Source: Planctomycetota bacterium
GTDB lineage: Bacteria; Planctomycetota; UBA8108; SXIK01
DNA: 64,000 nt
Assembly: GCA_965223845.1 (NCBI GenBank)
Contig: CBDCXR010000004.1
Location: 4,704,001-4,768,000, forward strand
Direction of reading: 5' to 3'
Positions within the stretch are counted from its first letter, which is position 1; every line of letters starts with the position of its first letter. The notes beneath the pieces are model-generated. The model was not told the DNA's origin. It searched no databases and saw only the letters and a program-made list of their open reading frames with translations. A program made the translations under genes and the position numbers. Shown here one piece after another: positions 48,450 through 57,972 of this stretch.

Positions 48450-50227
48450 CACTCGGGCCCCGCCGGGACCACGAGCCAATCTCCGATCGCAAGAGCGTCG
48501 AGTCCCGCCATGAGGAACGTGTCGATCGCTTCCGTCGGCGTGCAGACGATCGGCTGACCGCGCACATTGAACGAGGTGTTGAGCACCATCGGGATTCCGA
48601 CCGAGGTCTTCCCGACGCACGCGAGCAGCTCCGCGAAGCGAGGGCTGTGCTCGGCGAATACGGTCTGTGCGCGTGCGGATCCGTCGACGTGCGTGATCGC
48701 CGGCAGCTTGTCGCGGAAGTCGGAGCGGACGCGGGTCACGAGGAGCATGTGCTCGTACGTCGACTCGTCGCCGGGGTCGATCTCGAAGTACGTCCCCGCG
48801 GCCTCCGCCGCGACCGCGGGCGCGAAGGGACGGAAGCCCTCCCGTTTCTTGACGAGCGCGTTGATCTTATCGCGCATCTCGGGATGCGTCGGATCCGCGA
48901 GAATGCTTCGACTTCCCAGCGCGCGCGGACCGAATTCCATGCGGCCCTGAAACCAAGCGACGACCTCCCCGTGCGCCAGACGATCGGCGACGGCGGCGGC
49001 GAGCTCCGAGAACGAATCGAAGCGGGTCGCGGCACAATCGGTCCGATCCTCGAGCGCTCGCTCGATCTCAGCGTCGTCGAACTCGGGCCCCCAGAGCGGC
49101 ACGCTCATGCGCGCGCGCGGACCGCGCTGCGGCTCCTTGCGCCGCGACACGTAGAGCGCGGCACCGAGCGCCGGTCCGTCGTCGCCGGACGCCGGCTGGA
49201 CGAACAGCTCTTCGAAGAGACGGCTCCGACGAACGGCCCCGTTGCACGAGCAGTTGAGCGCGCACCCGCCTGCGAGACAGAGGTTCTTCGCGCCGGTCTC
49301 CGCGCGAAGCGTGCGGAGGAGATGGAGCTGCGCGGTCTGAAACGCACCCTGAAGTGCCGCTGCGAGATCTTTGTGATCCTGCGTGATCTCCGACTCGGGG
49401 TCGCGCGGCGGGCCGAATCGATCGGCGAGGGCGCGGAGAACACCGCGGTGCGTCTCTTTTTCTTCTGCGGTCTTGTTCTCGGCGAGGATCGGAATCGAGT
49501 ACGTCCCGTCCGGCTTGAGCGAAATCAGCTCGAGCACGCGATCAGTATAGCGCCGCGGGTCCCCGTAGGGTGCGAGTCCCATCACCTTGTACTCGTCGAG
49601 TCCCATGAAGAACCCGAGGTGGAGGGTCACGACGCCGTAGAGAACGCCCAGCGAGTGAAGCGCGGGAATCTGGCGAATCACTTCGAGGTCATCGCCCGAT
49701 CCGGCGAACGCCGTCATGCTGTGGACTTCCCCCATACCGTCGGAAACGATCACGAGCGCGTCGTCGAATCCGCTCAGGTAGAAGCTGCTCGCGGCGTGTG
49801 CCAGATGGTGCGAAACAGGGACGAGCTTTTCTTCGAGCCCCGTGCCGGGAAATGCCTCGGCGATCAGCCGGCGCTGGACGTCCGCGGAGAGGACCTCGTC
49901 GTACTGCCGGCGCGTCAAATCCGTCCGGCCGAAGTACTCCTCGTACGGTTCGTAGTCGAATCCGTGCGCGACGGCATCGACGTCGGCGGCGGTGATCCCG
50001 CCGCGATCGAGGCAGTAGCGGAGCGCGCCGACGGGAAATGCGCTCGTCGCCTTTTCGCGGGAGAATCGCTCCTCACCCGAAGCGGCGACGACCTCGCCGC
50101 TCGAGACGAGAGCGGCGGCGGAGTCGAATCCCTGCGCGATGCGATACTCGCGCGGCGTCAAGCCGGGAAACTCCTCCCGCTTAAAGCGGAGGTTCTGGTC
50201 GTGGCCGCTGATACCGATAATGTTCAA
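48449..50227 (-). CDS. O-carbamoyltransferase (NodU/CmcH/TobZ family)
   Basis: EERFSREK, HHLAHAAS, SDGMGE, EYKVMGLAPYG, GRMEFGPRALGSRSILADP, REGFRPFAP, LNTSFN. Confidence 0.95.
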   Translation of the reverse strand: MNIIGISGHDQNLRFKREEFPGLTPREYRIAQGFDSAAALVSSGEVVAASGEERFSREKATSAFPVGALRYCLDRGGITAADVDAVAHGFDYEPYEEYFGRTDLTRRQYDEVLSADVQRRLIAEAFPGTGLEEKLVPVSHHLAHAASSFYLSGFDDALVIVSDGMGEVHSMTAFAGSGDDLEVIRQIPALHSLGVLYGVVTLHLGFFMGLDEYKVMGLAPYGDPRRYTDRVLELISLKPDGTYSIPILAENKTAEEKETHRGVLRALADRFGPPRDPESEITQDHKDLAAALQGAFQTAQLHLLRTLRAETGAKNLCLAGGCALNCSCNGAVRRSRLFEELFVQPASGDDGPALGAALYVSRRKEPQRGPRARMSVPLWGPEFDDAEIERALEDRTDCAATRFDSFSELAAAVADRLAHGEVVAWFQGRMEFGPRALGSRSILADPTHPEMRDKINALVKKREGFRPFAPAVAAEAAGTYFEIDPGDESTYEHMLLVTRVRSDFRDKLPAITHVDGSARAQTVFAEHSPRFAELLACVGKTSVGIPMVLNTSFNVRGQPIVCTPTEAIDTFLMAGLDALAIGDWLVVPAGPE

Positions 50228-50721
50228 GTTTGTATCCCTAGATGTCGCCGGAACTCGGACGCGGCGAGCTCGCCGGCGCGCGGAGTGCGCACGTCGTCAT
50301 TCGGGCGGAGGTCGCGTCGCGACGAAACAGGATGCCCCTCGTCCGTGAAGGACTCGACGCGCCGAGCTCCGGCGGGGGTCGCTGAGCCACGAACGATTGT
50401 CGATGGCTTCTCGGAGCACTCCCCGGAGCGTGCGCGTACGGATTCAGTTCCCTGCGCCGCGGCCATCTCTTCTATCGGTCTTCCCTCGACAAGAGAAGAG
50501 ATTACCGTCGCGCGAGAGCGGCCCCCGGCCTTCAGGGTCAGGACTCCTTCAGCACCCCGAGGTCACGGTCCGGGAATCCTCGCTCCGCGGGACGATTGCG
50601 CGTTGAGGCCGCGTGGTCTCCTCGGTTACGGTAAGTTCGAATCCACCGGGCGCCTCGCACCGTCTGCGGTGAGGGCACGTCGTAAAGACCGTCAACGAAG
50701 TGGCGAGGGGAATCCGCCGTC

Positions 50722-52083
50722 ATGCTGACCATTTCGAGCTCCCAGACGAGCCCAGCCGGCTCTTCCTTCTGCGACGGATTGTCGCGGCGATCGTTCATCA
50801 AGATCGGTGGCCTCGCCCTCGGTGGACTCTCGCTCCCCGATCTCCTCCGCGCGGAATCGCGATCGGGAATCCGCTCGTCCGAGAAGTCGGTCATCATGAT
50901 CTACCTTCCGGGTGGACCGCCCCACCAGGACATGTTCGAGATCAAGACCGAGGCGCCGTCGGAGTTTCGCGGCGAGTTTCGTCCGATCGACACGAACGTC
51001 CCCGGCATTCGGATCTCCGAGGGGTTTCCCCGACTCGCCGCGATGATGGATCGCCTCGTCGTCATTCGCTCGCTTGTCGGATCGGAAGGACGACACGACT
51101 CCTTCCAGTGTCTCACCGGACGCCGCACCCCGCGGCAGCCGCTCGGCGGATGGCCGGAGTTCGGCTCGGTGATCTCGAAGCGATTGGGTTCGTCTGATCC
51201 GACGGTGCCGCCCTACATCAATTTGTCGCCGGTCATGCGACACCGCCCCTACAACGCGAAGGGCCCCGGCTTTCTCGGTCAAGGCCACGCGGCGTTTCGT
51301 CCCGAAGCCGACTCGCGTGCCGACATGGTGCTGAACGGGGTCGATCTCGAGCGCCTCGGTGATCGCCGGCGGCTCCTCGGGAGCTTCGATCGGTTTCGGC
51401 GCTGCATGGACGACAGCACGGCGCGGGGCGTCGACTCGTTTCAGCGTCAGGCGCTCGACGTCCTCACGTCGAGCCGTCTCGTCGATGCGCTCGATCTCGA
51501 GCGTGAGGACCCGCGCGTCCGCGAGCGCTACGGGAAGGGAACGCCGAAGGAGCAGGGAGACGCCGCGCCGCGACTCATGGAGCACTTCCTGCTCGCGCGG
51601 CGCCTCGTCGAAGCCGGCGCGCGCTTCGTCACGTGCAGCTTCAGCTTCTGGGACTGGCACGGGAGCAACTTCCGCCACGCCCGCCAGAACTTTCCCGATC
51701 TCGATCAAGGGGTGTCGGCGCTCGTCGAGGATCTCCACCAGCGCGGTCTCGACAAGGACGTCACGGTCGTCGTCTGGGGCGAGTTCGGCCGTACGCCTCG
51801 AATCAACAAGAACGCCGGGCGGGATCACTGGCCGAACGTCGCGTGCGCGCTCCTTGCGGGAGGAGGGATGCGCACCGGTCAGGCAATCGGTTCGACCGAC
51901 CGCCTCGGCGGCGAGGCGAAGGATCGCCCGGTTCATTTCAGCGACGTCTTCGCGACCCTCTATCACAACATGGGGATCGATGTCGCGACGGCGACCGTCG
52001 ACGACTACACGGGCCGGCCCCGCTACCTCGTCGAAGCCGGGGCGAACGGCGGCCCCGCTCGCCCCCTTTCCGAGCTCGTTTGA
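50722..52083 (+). CDS. DUF1501 domain protein, Tat-exported
   Basis: CDGLSRRSFIKIG, LPGGPPHQD, WDWHG, WGEFGRTPRIN-GRDHWP. Confidence 0.93.
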   Translation: MLTISSSQTSPAGSSFCDGLSRRSFIKIGGLALGGLSLPDLLRAESRSGIRSSEKSVIMIYLPGGPPHQDMFEIKTEAPSEFRGEFRPIDTNVPGIRISEGFPRLAAMMDRLVVIRSLVGSEGRHDSFQCLTGRRTPRQPLGGWPEFGSVISKRLGSSDPTVPPYINLSPVMRHRPYNAKGPGFLGQGHAAFRPEADSRADMVLNGVDLERLGDRRRLLGSFDRFRRCMDDSTARGVDSFQRQALDVLTSSRLVDALDLEREDPRVRERYGKGTPKEQGDAAPRLMEHFLLARRLVEAGARFVTCSFSFWDWHGSNFRHARQNFPDLDQGVSALVEDLHQRGLDKDVTVVVWGEFGRTPRINKNAGRDHWPNVACALLAGGGMRTGQAIGSTDRLGGEAKDRPVHFSDVFATLYHNMGIDVATATVDDYTGRPRYLVEAGANGGPARPLSELV

Positions 52084-52314
52084 ACTCGTTCAAGTATCGG
52101 TGACGTCGCCCGATTCGCGGCCGACGGCCGGCCCGATCTCGAGCTCCTCTGAGTTATCGGATCCGGACTCGACCGGCTCCGATCATTCGGTGCGAGAGGC
52201 CGATCCCGGCCGTTCGCGCGCCATCGCGCGCGGAAACGCCGCCATCGGGTCCGCCTGCGACCGTCCAGCTCGACGTGGGGCGAGCCTCGAGAGGCAATCG
52301 AGCTTCATGGAATA

Positions 52315-52352
52315 TTAACCAACCCTCCATGGTCGGTTTACCCGGTGGTCAT
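52315..52352 (+). promoter_or_regulatory. PHO-box-like direct-repeat array upstream of pstS
   Basis: TTAAC (52315), TCCAT (52326), TTTAC (52337) and GTCAT (52348) at exact 11-bp spacing. Confidence 0.6.
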
Positions 52353-52438
52353 AGAAGTTTCTTCCGTTCGGAGCCTTCTCCCCGGCGATGCGTATCGCCG
52401 AACCGGCTGACACCTTCCCGAAGCACTCGGAGGATTGC

Positions 52439-53341
52439 ATGGGCCGCTTCGTCCTTGCCTTCACGGTTTGTGGTTTGATTCTCTCGTCCGTCGGTTGTTC
52501 CCCGTCGGATTCGGATGGCGACTCGAAGGAGCCGGACGCGGCCAAGGTGGTGATCCAAAACACCGGATCCGACACCATGGTGAATCTCGCTCAGACGTGG
52601 GCGGAGGAATACAAGACAGTCAAGCCGGACATCTCGATCGAGGTTGCAGGCGGCGGCTCGGGTGTCGGCATCAGCAACCTCCGTCAGGGCACGGTCGACA
52701 TCGCGAACGCGAGCCGGAAGCTCAAGGACACCGAAGCCGTCCAGGTGAAGCAGAACACCGGGAAGGAAGCCAAGGAGTTCGTCGTCGCCCACGACGGCAT
52801 CGGCATCTACGTCCACAAGGACAACCCGATCGAATCGATCACGCTCGAGCAGCTCGGCCAGATCTACGGCAAGAACGCTACGATCACGAAGTGGTCGCAG
52901 CTCGGGGTCAATCACGCGGACCTTTGCGGGAGCGACGAGATCGTCTGCTTCAGCCGTCAATCGAACTCCGGTACGTACCAGTTCTTCCGCGATGCCGTTC
53001 TCAAGAAGGGCGATTTCCGTCTCGGAACGCGGGATCTGCACGGCTCGAAGGACGTCGTCGACGCCATCGGCAATACCGCGTGTGGGATCGGTTACAGCGG
53101 AATGGGCTACAAGACCGACGCGGTCAAGTTCGTGAAGGTTTCAAAGGTGGCGGATGGCACGCCCTTCGAGCCCACGATCGAGAACGTCTTGAGCGGCGAC
53201 TACCCGATCGCGCGTCCGCTACAGATGTACACGCTCGGCGACCCGACCGGCGCGATCAAGGAGTACATCGATTGGATCTACTCGACGGCCGGTCAGACCA
53301 TCGTGAAGGACAACGGCTACGTCCCGCTCGCGGCGAACTGA
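52439..53341 (+). CDS. pstS: Phosphate ABC transporter substrate-binding lipoprotein
   Basis: Lipobox SVGC; GSDTM, GGGSGVG, SRQSNSGT, YPIARPL. Confidence 0.95.
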   Translation: MGRFVLAFTVCGLILSSVGCSPSDSDGDSKEPDAAKVVIQNTGSDTMVNLAQTWAEEYKTVKPDISIEVAGGGSGVGISNLRQGTVDIANASRKLKDTEAVQVKQNTGKEAKEFVVAHDGIGIYVHKDNPIESITLEQLGQIYGKNATITKWSQLGVNHADLCGSDEIVCFSRQSNSGTYQFFRDAVLKKGDFRLGTRDLHGSKDVVDAIGNTACGIGYSGMGYKTDAVKFVKVSKVADGTPFEPTIENVLSGDYPIARPLQMYTLGDPTGAIKEYIDWIYSTAGQTIVKDNGYVPLAAN

Positions 53342-53460
53342 ACCGCCGCCTCTCGTTCGCATAAGCGTTTCTCCGCGCGCGTCGGCGGCGCAGCCAATCT
53401 TCCGCTCGCCGCCGACGCCCGCGGCCCTCTCCTCCTCTCTCGCTTCACCGCGGGGATCTT

Positions 53461-54420
53461 ATGGAATTCTTGCAGCGCCTCTGGGCCGCTCGAGAGAAGT
53501 TCATCATCGGACTCATTTACCTCTGCGGGATGAGCTCGATCATCTTCGTCTTCGGCATTTTCTTTTTCGTCTTTCGCGAAGGTGCTCCCTTCCTCTTCGG
53601 CCGCTTCGACTTCGCGGAGTTTCTCTTCAGTTCCGAATGGTACCCGACCTCCGAGACAGAGAAGACCTACGGAGCTTCGGCGCTCATCATCGGAACGGCG
53701 AGCGTCACGATCTCGGCGATGATCATCGCGGTTCCGTTCAGTCTCGGCACTGCCGTGCTGATCTCCGAGTTCTGCTCGGGAAAGACGAAGGAAACGCTCA
53801 AGATCGTCGTCGAGCTTCTCGCGGCCGTACCATCGGTCGTGTGGGGCTTCATCGGCCTCATGGTGTTCAACGAGCTCATTCAGTGGGTCTTCAACGCGCC
53901 GATCGGACTCAACGTTCTGAACGGCGGGCTCGTCGTCGCGTTCATGAGCGTTCCCATCATCGTCTCGATCGCCGAGGACGCGCTCAAAGCGGTTCCCGAC
54001 TCGTATCGAGAAGCCGCGATCGCCCTGGGCGCAACTCGCTGGCAAATGATTCGCCGCGTCCTCTTTCCGGCGGCGAAAAACGGCATCCTCGCGGCCGTCC
54101 TCCTCGGAGTCGGGCGTGCCGTCGGTGAGACGATGGCCGTTCTCATGGCGACGGGTCACGCCGTCCACATCCCGTTCGACGGCGAGTTTCCATTTTTCCA
54201 CATGCTCGACTCGGTGCGAACGATGACGGCGACCATCGCGGCCGAGCTGGGCGAGGCGCCGCGTCTCCTTCCCGACCCGACGACCGGCGAGTATCCCGAA
54301 GACGCGTGGCACTATCAGGTGCTCTTCGTCCTCGGACTCTTCCTCTTCGCGATCACGTTCACGATCAACCTCGTCGCGGACATCATCGTGAAGGGCATCC
54401 GCAAGAAGGGGGCGAACTGA
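53461..54420 (+). CDS. pstC: Phosphate ABC transporter permease
   Basis: ELLAAVPSVVWG, REAAIALGATRWQ, GRAVGETMAV. Confidence 0.95.
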   Translation: MEFLQRLWAAREKFIIGLIYLCGMSSIIFVFGIFFFVFREGAPFLFGRFDFAEFLFSSEWYPTSETEKTYGASALIIGTASVTISAMIIAVPFSLGTAVLISEFCSGKTKETLKIVVELLAAVPSVVWGFIGLMVFNELIQWVFNAPIGLNVLNGGLVVAFMSVPIIVSIAEDALKAVPDSYREAAIALGATRWQMIRRVLFPAAKNGILAAVLLGVGRAVGETMAVLMATGHAVHIPFDGEFPFFHMLDSVRTMTATIAAELGEAPRLLPDPTTGEYPEDAWHYQVLFVLGLFLFAITFTINLVADIIVKGIRKKGAN

Positions 54421-55328
54421 TGTCTTCCGAGACCGGCTACAACCCGTTCGCCGAAACCGACCAAGCGAGGAGGAATCTCCGGCGAGAGAAACACGTCCGG
54501 GTGGCGTTCATGATCATGGCCGCCTCCATGATCGTGCCGCTCATCCTCGTCCTCATCTACGTCGTCTATCACGCCTGGCCGCATCTCACCTGGGAGTTCA
54601 TCTCAGAGAATCCACGGCGCGGAATGAAGGAAGGCGGAATCTGGGCGGCGATCCTCGGCACGATTTACCTCGTGTTCTTCTCGCTGATCTTCACCGCGCC
54701 GGTCGGCATCTTGGCGGGGATCTACCTGAACGAGTTCGCTCGCGACAACTGGTTCACTCGCGTGGTCAATCTCGCGGTCGTGAATCTCGCTGGCGTGCCG
54801 AGCATCGTCTATGCGCTGTTCGGCGTCGGGGCGTTCGTCGTCTTCTTCGGCCTCGGGAAGTCCATTCTCGCGGCGTCGCTCACTCTCGGCGTCATGACTC
54901 TTCCTGTCATCATCACCGCGACGAAGGAGGCGCTCCGCGCCGTGCCGATGTCGTTTCGGGAAGCCTGCTGGAATATGGGCGCGAGCCGCTGGCAGACGAT
55001 TCGCACGATCGTCCTCCCGAACTCGATGAGCGGAATCCTGACCGGCGTCATTCTCGAAGTTTGCCGTGCCGCCGGTGAGACGGCGCCGATCATGTTCACG
55101 GGAGCGATCTTTTACAAAGCGATCGAGGACGGGGGGCTCTTCGCCTACGGTCCGTTCGATCAGTGCATGGCGGTCTCCTACCACCTGCACACGATCTCGA
55201 CTCAGGTGCCCGGCGTCCCCGAGTCGATCCCCTACGCGACGGCCGTGGTGCTCATCGGCATCGTCCTCGCGATCAACAGCGTCGCCGTCGCACTCCGAGT
55301 TCGATTGAGGTCGAAGAAAAAATGGTAG
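54420..55328 (+). CDS. pstA: Phosphate ABC transporter permease
   Basis: GGIWAAILGT, NLAGVPSIVYALFG, RAAGETAP; TGATG coupling with pstC. Confidence 0.95.
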   Translation: MSSETGYNPFAETDQARRNLRREKHVRVAFMIMAASMIVPLILVLIYVVYHAWPHLTWEFISENPRRGMKEGGIWAAILGTIYLVFFSLIFTAPVGILAGIYLNEFARDNWFTRVVNLAVVNLAGVPSIVYALFGVGAFVVFFGLGKSILAASLTLGVMTLPVIITATKEALRAVPMSFREACWNMGASRWQTIRTIVLPNSMSGILTGVILEVCRAAGETAPIMFTGAIFYKAIEDGGLFAYGPFDQCMAVSYHLHTISTQVPGVPESIPYATAVVLIGIVLAINSVAVALRVRLRSKKKW

Positions 55329-56104
55329 CACCGATGCCAGCGACCGACACCGACACCAAAGTTCGCGTTCAAAACCTCTCCGTCGACTACGGTGGCCTCC
55401 GCGCCCTCGACGGAATCTCGCTCGATGTCCGCAAATCCGAGATCCTCGCGATCATCGGTCCGGCAAACTCGGGAAAAACCACCTTTCTCAAGTGCATCAA
55501 CCGGACCATCGAGTTCGCGATCGGCGCCAAGGTCGGTGGGTCGGTCGAGATCGACGGCGTCAACGTCGATTCGATGAAGGACGTCTTCGGGCTCCGGAGG
55601 AAGATCGGCATGGTCTTCCCGCTCCCCGTGGGTCTCCCGCTTTCGATCTACGACAACGTCGCCTACGCGCCGCGACTCGGCGGCATTCGGAAGCGCGCCG
55701 ATCTCGACGAGCGCGTCGAGCGCTGTCTCCGTCAGGCCGCCCTTTGGGACGAGGTCAAGGATCGCCTCAATTCCCTCGGGACGAAACTCTCGGGTGGACA
55801 GCAGCAGCGCCTCACGATCGCGCGCGCCCTCTCCCACGATCCCGAGATCCTCTGTCTCGACGAGTTTTCGATCGCCGTCGACCCGGTGACGACGATGCGC
55901 ATCGAAGACGTGCTCGTCGAGTTGAAGAAGGACATCTCGGTCATTCTCGTCACGAATCTCGTGCAGCAAGCTCGCCGGCTTGGCGATCGGACGGCGTTTT
56001 TCAACAAGAGCAAGCTCGTCGAGGTGGACACGAACGAGGTGATCTTCTCCGACAAGCCGGCCCAGCGCCTCACGTGGGAATACGTCAACGGCCACTTCGG
56101 GTAG
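55322..56104 (+). CDS. pstB: Phosphate ABC ATPase, copy 1 (degenerate Q- and H-loops)
   Basis: GPANSGKT, LSGGQQQRL, YVNGHFG; the Q-loop reads MVFPLP and the H-loop reads VTNL. Confidence 0.88.
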   Translation: MVAPMPATDTDTKVRVQNLSVDYGGLRALDGISLDVRKSEILAIIGPANSGKTTFLKCINRTIEFAIGAKVGGSVEIDGVNVDSMKDVFGLRRKIGMVFPLPVGLPLSIYDNVAYAPRLGGIRKRADLDERVERCLRQAALWDEVKDRLNSLGTKLSGGQQQRLTIARALSHDPEILCLDEFSIAVDPVTTMRIEDVLVELKKDISVILVTNLVQQARRLGDRTAFFNKSKLVEVDTNEVIFSDKPAQRLTWEYVNGHFG

Positions 56105-56112
56105 CGAGAACG

Positions 56113-56913
56113 ATGAACCCATCGACCCCTCAGATCGAGACCGACCGCGTCGCCGACCTCGGCCTCGAGGCGCGCGAGCTTTGCCTCTGGTACGGCGATT
56201 TTCAGGCGCTCTTCGACGTCACGGTCGGTATCAAGAACGGGATCATTACATCCCTGATCGGGCCGTCCGGATGCGGGAAGACGACGTTTCTCCGCTGCTT
56301 CAATCGAATCAACGAACGCTATCAAGTTCGGACGACGGGAGAGATTCGCGTTCTCGATAAGAACATCTACGACGACGACGTGAGCCTGTTCGAGCTCCGG
56401 AAGCAGGTCGGCATGGTGTTCCAGCGCCCGAACCCGCTCCCGATCTCGATCTACGAGAACGTCGTCTTCGGGCTCAAGACCCACTCACCGAGAGGATCGC
56501 TCCGCCGGCGCGACCTCGACGAGGCGGTCGAGAAGGCGCTCCGGGAAGTCTTCCTGTGGGACGCCGTGAAGGACCAGCTCCACAACCCGGGCATCGACCT
56601 CCAGCTCGAGCAGCAGCAGAAGCTCTGCATCGCGCGTCTCCTTCCGCTCAAGCCCAAGGTCATCCTCATGGATGAGCCCTGCTCGGCGCTCGATGCGGAG
56701 GGAACGGAGGCCATCGAAGAGCTGATGGCCCAGCTCCGCGGGCAGTACACGATGGTGATCGTGACCCACAATATGGCCCAGGCGCGGCGCGCGAGCGACG
56801 AGTGCATCTTCATGCTTCACGGTAAGATGGTGGAGCACGGCCCCACGCAGGATCTCTTCGTGCGCCCGAGAGAGAAAGACACGGAAAACTACGTCGAGGG
56901 CCGATACGGTTAA
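56113..56913 (+). CDS. pstB: Phosphate ABC ATPase, copy 2 (degenerate signature motif)
   Basis: GPSGCGKTT, MVFQRPNP, MDEPCSALD, VTHNMAQA, YVEGRYG; the signature reads LQLEQ. Confidence 0.9.
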   Translation: MNPSTPQIETDRVADLGLEARELCLWYGDFQALFDVTVGIKNGIITSLIGPSGCGKTTFLRCFNRINERYQVRTTGEIRVLDKNIYDDDVSLFELRKQVGMVFQRPNPLPISIYENVVFGLKTHSPRGSLRRRDLDEAVEKALREVFLWDAVKDQLHNPGIDLQLEQQQKLCIARLLPLKPKVILMDEPCSALDAEGTEAIEELMAQLRGQYTMVIVTHNMAQARRASDECIFMLHGKMVEHGPTQDLFVRPREKDTENYVEGRYG

Positions 56914-57057
56914 GAGGCCGTTTCCAATCCGCTCCATCGGCCGGAGGCCGAGCGTGCCGGAGCCTCGCGGGGAGCGAGGACGAAGCGAAGAGATAGAGAA
57001 CACCGAGTGGGACGCCGGGCCCTCGACCTGGACGCCGCCCGACCGAAAGGGGACCCC

Positions 57058-57732
57058 ATGCCGAAGAAATTTGACGCTGAGCTCACCGCCCTCAAGAACG
57101 AACTGGTCGACATGGCCGAAGTGGCGCAGACCATGGTCCAGACGGCCGTGCGCGCGCTCGTCGACCGAAAGAGTGAAGACCTGGCGAATCTCGAGGACCT
57201 CGAGAAGCGCGTCGACGATTATCAGATCAAGATCGACAACGACGTCATTCGGCTCATGGCGGTGTACACGCCCGTCGCACTCGACATGCGCTTCGTCCTC
57301 ATGACCGCGCGCATCAACACCGAGCTCGAGCGGATCGGCGACCAAGCGATGAACATGCGCGAGTACGTCGAAAACCTCCTCGGCGAGCCGGAGCTCAAGA
57401 AGCTCGTCGACTTGCCGCGGATGGCCGACATCGCCTCGGGCATGGTGAAGGACAGCGTCCAAGCGTACAAGGACGGCGCGACGGATCGCGCGCTCGAGGT
57501 CGTGAACCGAGATGACGAGGTCGACGCCCTCTACGACCAGATCTTTCGCGAGCTCCTCACGTACATGCTCAGCGATCCGGCCAATATCAAACGCGCGCTC
57601 GGCCTCGTCCTGATGGCGCGCTCGATCGAGCGCATCGCGGACCACGCGACGAACATCGCGGAAGAGGTCGTCTATCTGGTGAAGGGCGAGGACATCCGTC
57701 ACCAAGAGGACGACGCAGTCGTCACGGAATAG
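57058..57732 (+). CDS. phoU: Phosphate signalling complex protein
   Basis: PVALDMR, ELERIGD, DDEVD, IERIADHATNIAE. Confidence 0.95.
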   Translation: MPKKFDAELTALKNELVDMAEVAQTMVQTAVRALVDRKSEDLANLEDLEKRVDDYQIKIDNDVIRLMAVYTPVALDMRFVLMTARINTELERIGDQAMNMREYVENLLGEPELKKLVDLPRMADIASGMVKDSVQAYKDGATDRALEVVNRDDEVDALYDQIFRELLTYMLSDPANIKRALGLVLMARSIERIADHATNIAEEVVYLVKGEDIRHQEDDAVVTE

Positions 57733-57972
57733 AGTCGGCGGGAGATTCGCTCGCGGGATGAGTCGCGGGTAGAGGGGCGCGTTCTGGTCGTTGCCGGTTC
57801 CTTCCCCAGCGTCGACTGCCCGCAGGCCAGCAGGCCCGCCGGTTGACGTCGGCGCGGCGTTTTGGACTCGTGGGATCGGGGGAGAGAAGAGAAGTTTGTC
57901 GGGAACGGGAGCGGGAACGGGTATGGGGCGTGTCGCTTGAGGCGTAGTCGTAGCCGGGGGCGCCGCGAAGCA

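Noticed and set aside
50228-50721. Long divergent intergenic region with a GGGGTGCTGAAG segment, considered as a riboswitch
   Set aside because: I could not match the conserved cores of TPP, cobalamin, SAM or c-di-GMP aptamers; an Rfam scan would be needed.
48320-50728. 802-aa plus-strand ORF
   Set aside because: Antisense shadow of the carbamoyltransferase, typical of high-GC codon bias, with no motifs.
57900-57922. Short CGGGAA/CGGGAG hexamer run
   Set aside because: Only 3-4 units of low-complexity sequence; not CRISPR-like and no evidence of function.
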